Origin: Camelus ferus
Lineage: Eukaryota
Reading direction: 5' to 3'
NCBI RefSeq assembly: GCF_009834535.1
Contig: NC_045713.1
Coordinates: 6,634,001-6,698,000, forward strand
Length of the DNA stretch: 64,000 nt
The translations under genes were made by a program, and so were the position numbers. This document shows, one piece after another, positions 61,149 to 64,000 of the stretch (position 1 is the stretch's first letter; each line of letters starts with the position of its first letter). The notes under the pieces were generated by a model that worked only from the letters and a program-made list of their open reading frames with translations, ran no database searches and had not been told where the DNA came from.

Positions 61149-64000
61149 CAAGGTACCCAAGCCACGGAGAAAGACTTGAGCCAAACAGAGAAAGAGCCGA
61201 TCAGAGAACAGGCTGCAGGACCTGGAGAAAGGCCATCCCTCATGTCCTCGGTCCCCAACTCACTCCTGGAAGGGCTCTGGGGCCACAATCTGGTGACAGG
61301 CAGCGAAGGGGCCCTGGGGGTCCACCAGCACCCTGCACGCCTGTGTGTTGTTGATGAGCTCCAGCTGCTCCGGGCTGCATTCAGACACATGAAAGCCTGA
61401 CTCTTTTTCCTCTTCCTCCTCTCCTATGGCCCTGGGGCAGAGAGCGGGAAGGGCCAGGTAAGGCCCAGGAGGCCTGCAAACTCAGGAAGAACTGGGGAGG
61501 GGCGGAAGGGGAGGGCATGGGCAGGGACTGGGACCCGCGAGGCAGGGGCCGCGCCTTCAGAGGGGGAGGAAAGACACGTTGGAATTAGATGAACCAGGTG
61601 AGTCTGCCCAGGCCCGGGCCCTCGGGGTTCCTCCTCCTGCTGAGGATACAGGGTGAGCGGGGTGTGGACAGACAGTGGGCAGTGTCTCCTCTCCCCAGGG
61701 CCCGGGCCTCCCTGCTCAGAACCCCCACCCTCTCACCTTGAGAAGCGGGCGAGTCCTCCTCCCTCGGTCTTCTTTACCTCCCAGCTGTTGCCGAAGAGGA
61801 GGAGGTTTTGGGTGAGGGTGCCGTCAGGCAGCACAAAGTCATTCCTCTTGTTTTTGTCGAAGTTGCCGCACAGGCCGAGCACCAGCCTCTGGTAGGTGAT
61901 GGGCAGGGAGATCACTGCAGGAGGAAGGGGCGTCTGGAAGTGAGACTGCCCACCTCATCACTTCCCACCCTTCCTGGGTCCTCCCCTGGAGCTGGGGCCA
62001 CCCTCCCAGGCAGGGGTCCTCTCACCACACCAGGCCCAGATGAGATGTGGTTCTCCCGCCCCCATCCCAGGACCATTCCTTCTCCCCTCTGCTCTCCACC
62101 CTCAGCTACCTGCGTTGTGCCTGTCATTGAAGCTGATGACCATCTCAAAGTCTGTGATCAGATACAGACGATGGCTCCGCAAGAAGATCGACAGATGGTC
62201 ATTGGGCTTGTAGGGGATGGCCATCTTCTGACCATTGACCTGGAGAAGGCAGACAGGAGCCGAGGGGCGTCCTGAACCAACCTGACTCTCTGCCACTTCA
62301 GCCTCTGCCCCCTTGCACATCTCGGTGCCTCTCCCTGCCATCATTCTGGGGAACAAGCTACGCCAGGAAGCTCCCCTGTTCCCAGTGGCAGAGGCCAACC
62401 TGAGTTCCGCTCCCCTTGAAGCCCCAGCCCCTTTCTTGCTAAAAAACTGGCAGGGAGGATGCCCCCGGTACTTCTTCGCCCCGACTCCACCTCCACGCTG
62501 CACCACTGCGCGATCTTTCCTTCTGTCTCCCCCTGCCTCTCTCCTACCTTGTCTGTAATCCCACTGCCCCTCTCTGCACAACCACCCACCAAGTGAAGAG
62601 GGTGCCTTCTACAACCAGGCAGCCTCTGCCAGAAACTTCCCAGGGAACACAAGTCCTGGCTTCACCTGCTCCAGGTGGCCTCTGTGGCCCGGTCTGCCTC
62701 CCCAGCCCCTCCTGGCCTGCCCCAGCTCTTACCACAATCTCCAGTTCATCCTGGAGCTGGACTGTGTAGCCGTAGACCTTCACAATGACTTCATGCAGGA
62801 AGATCGGCTTGAAGGACGGATACACCTTGTTGCGTCCCTCCACAACTACGGGCTCCACCCCATCGGGGAGCACGTCCATGGTCTTGACTAGCGTGTAGGT
62901 CATGTGTCCTTCAAAGCGGTAGCTGAGGCCATCAAATGTGCGGTAGTGGGGATCCCCAAAAACTGTGCATTGCTCCCACTCTGCCAAGAAGGTCCAATGC
63001 TGAGAAGGCACCCTGCCTGATATAACAGCCCCTCACCTGCCCTGGTGTCTCCTGCTGCCTTCCCTCTTAGCCCTGTGTCCTTAGTCTTCAACTTTCCCCC
63101 TCTCCCAGCTTGAGAGGCTCTCCTCGTCTGGTCCCACCTTTGGTTGTTAAGATGGCAGAGCCCAGAGAGGATCATGCAAGCGACCAGGGAGCTGGTCAGA
63201 GCCCGAGTGCGTGCCCAGGCCCACTCCACCCCTCTGACTCCAGAGCCCTGCAGCAGGGCCCTCTGGCTCCACCTCGGCCCCGAGCCACCTCCCTCCGCCT
63301 CTCTGGGGCCTCTTACTGTCAGCTGTGCAGCTGTCCTTGCCCTTTTCTTTGGAGCTGGGCTGGCAGTGAGAACCAGAGGGGCAGGTGAAGGGCCGGCACT
63401 GAATGGCTCCCCCTTTGCAGGTACAGCTGTTCGAGCAGCCTCCGGAGAGCCAGGACTTCCCCGCCTGCAGAAGCCGCAGGAGGAATGAGAAGTGAGGGCA
63501 ACAGGGCAGCGCTCCCTCCTCCCCGACCTCAGCCCTAGCCCCCTGGTCACAGGCAGCCCCGGTGCCATCTGTGCTCTTACGGCCCCTGCACCGCCCTCTA
63601 AAGGCACTGTGCTTGCCGTCTCACACGGGCTGATCAGGTGGCGCTACTGGCCCACGTTAACAGATGAGGAAACTGAGGTCACAGAGGTCTCCTTACTCGT
63701 GAGGGGTACTAGCAGGATTCAAACCAAAGCCGTGCTCCTTCCACTCTACCATGCCATGTCCCACTTGTTTGGATTCCTCAGACCCCAAACCCCAAACCCT
63801 GCCTGTCACCAGCCTTCCCAGCCAGGGCCAGACCTAGAGACATGGGCACCCACAGCTGAGAGGCACAGGAAAGGAGAAAGCACCATCCTGAAGGTGTGTT
63901 GCCCCCTCCCCGATGTCCCGTCCCCACTCACAGGGAGGTAGGCACCCTGGGTGTCTTTGCAGCCGCACTGACTCCTAGACACACACTGCTGCCCACTGAG
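58278..64000 (-). CDS. ZAN: Zonadhesin, 3' part (end of D3 TIL/TILa, VWD4, C8, TIL, TILa, EGF, TM, tail); 5' part lies beyond the window
   Basis: Exons 64000-63932 (partial), 63464-63317, 62980-62733 (CTVFGDPHYRTFDG), 62239-62110, 61914-61737 (GLCGNFD), 61431-61264, 61045-60906, 60507-60308, 60204-60066, 59574-59434 (EGF CLQNPCQNDGRC; GC donor), 58607-58502 (TM), 58413-58370 and probably 58318-58278. Phases are consistent throughout; the terminal exon is less certain. Confidence 0.95.
58880..59055. mobile_element. MER5A-like hAT element
   Basis: TCACCTGGGAGCTTATGAAAAACATAGATCTCTGGGCTCC...AGTTGGAGAACCACTG resembles MER5A. Confidence 0.65.
59745..59900. mobile_element. MIR fragment
   Basis: TACTGATAAAATGGGGAGG...CCAGCACAGTGCCCGGCA. 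Confidence 0.55.
61116..61148. repeat. (TG)12(AG)n microsatellite
   Basis: Directly visible. Confidence 0.95.
63625..63760. mobile_element. MIR fragment
   Basis: TTAACAGATGAGGAAACTGAGGTCACAGAGG...GGATTCAAACC core. Confidence 0.75.

Noticed and set aside
63630-63652. CTCF-like site (TGATCAGGTGGCGCTA)
   Set aside because: Poor match in the 5' half of the core and lies within a MIR; not supportable without a PWM scan or ChIP.

Overview
Mammalian, GC-rich, gene-dense DNA syntenic with human 7q22.1 in reverse orientation: ACHE 3' half (+), UFSP1 (+), SRRT/ARS2 (-), TRIP6 (-), SLC12A9 (-), EPHB4 (+) and the 3' part of ZAN (-). I traced exon chains by hand from splice sites and reading frame. The complete genes close in frame: SRRT 876 aa (with a TG acceptor) or 872 aa, TRIP6 481 aa, SLC12A9 915 aa, EPHB4 987 aa. 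Four tRNA-Ala-derived SINEs point to a camelid (inference). There are two N gaps, both in SRRT intron 5. I found no CRISPR array, no prokaryote-type system and no clear novel protein-coding gene. The most interesting signals are non-canonical expression features: CUG-initiated UFSP1, a TG 3' splice site in SRRT, a 51-nt terminal intron and a GC-AG intron in ZAN, and a truncated AChE read-through peptide. There is also an orphan CpG-island promoter at about 33.6 kb (CLEAR/E-box, YY1, GC boxes) followed by a candidate exon chain belonging to no coding gene. Repeat family names and comparisons with human come from recall, not database searches.
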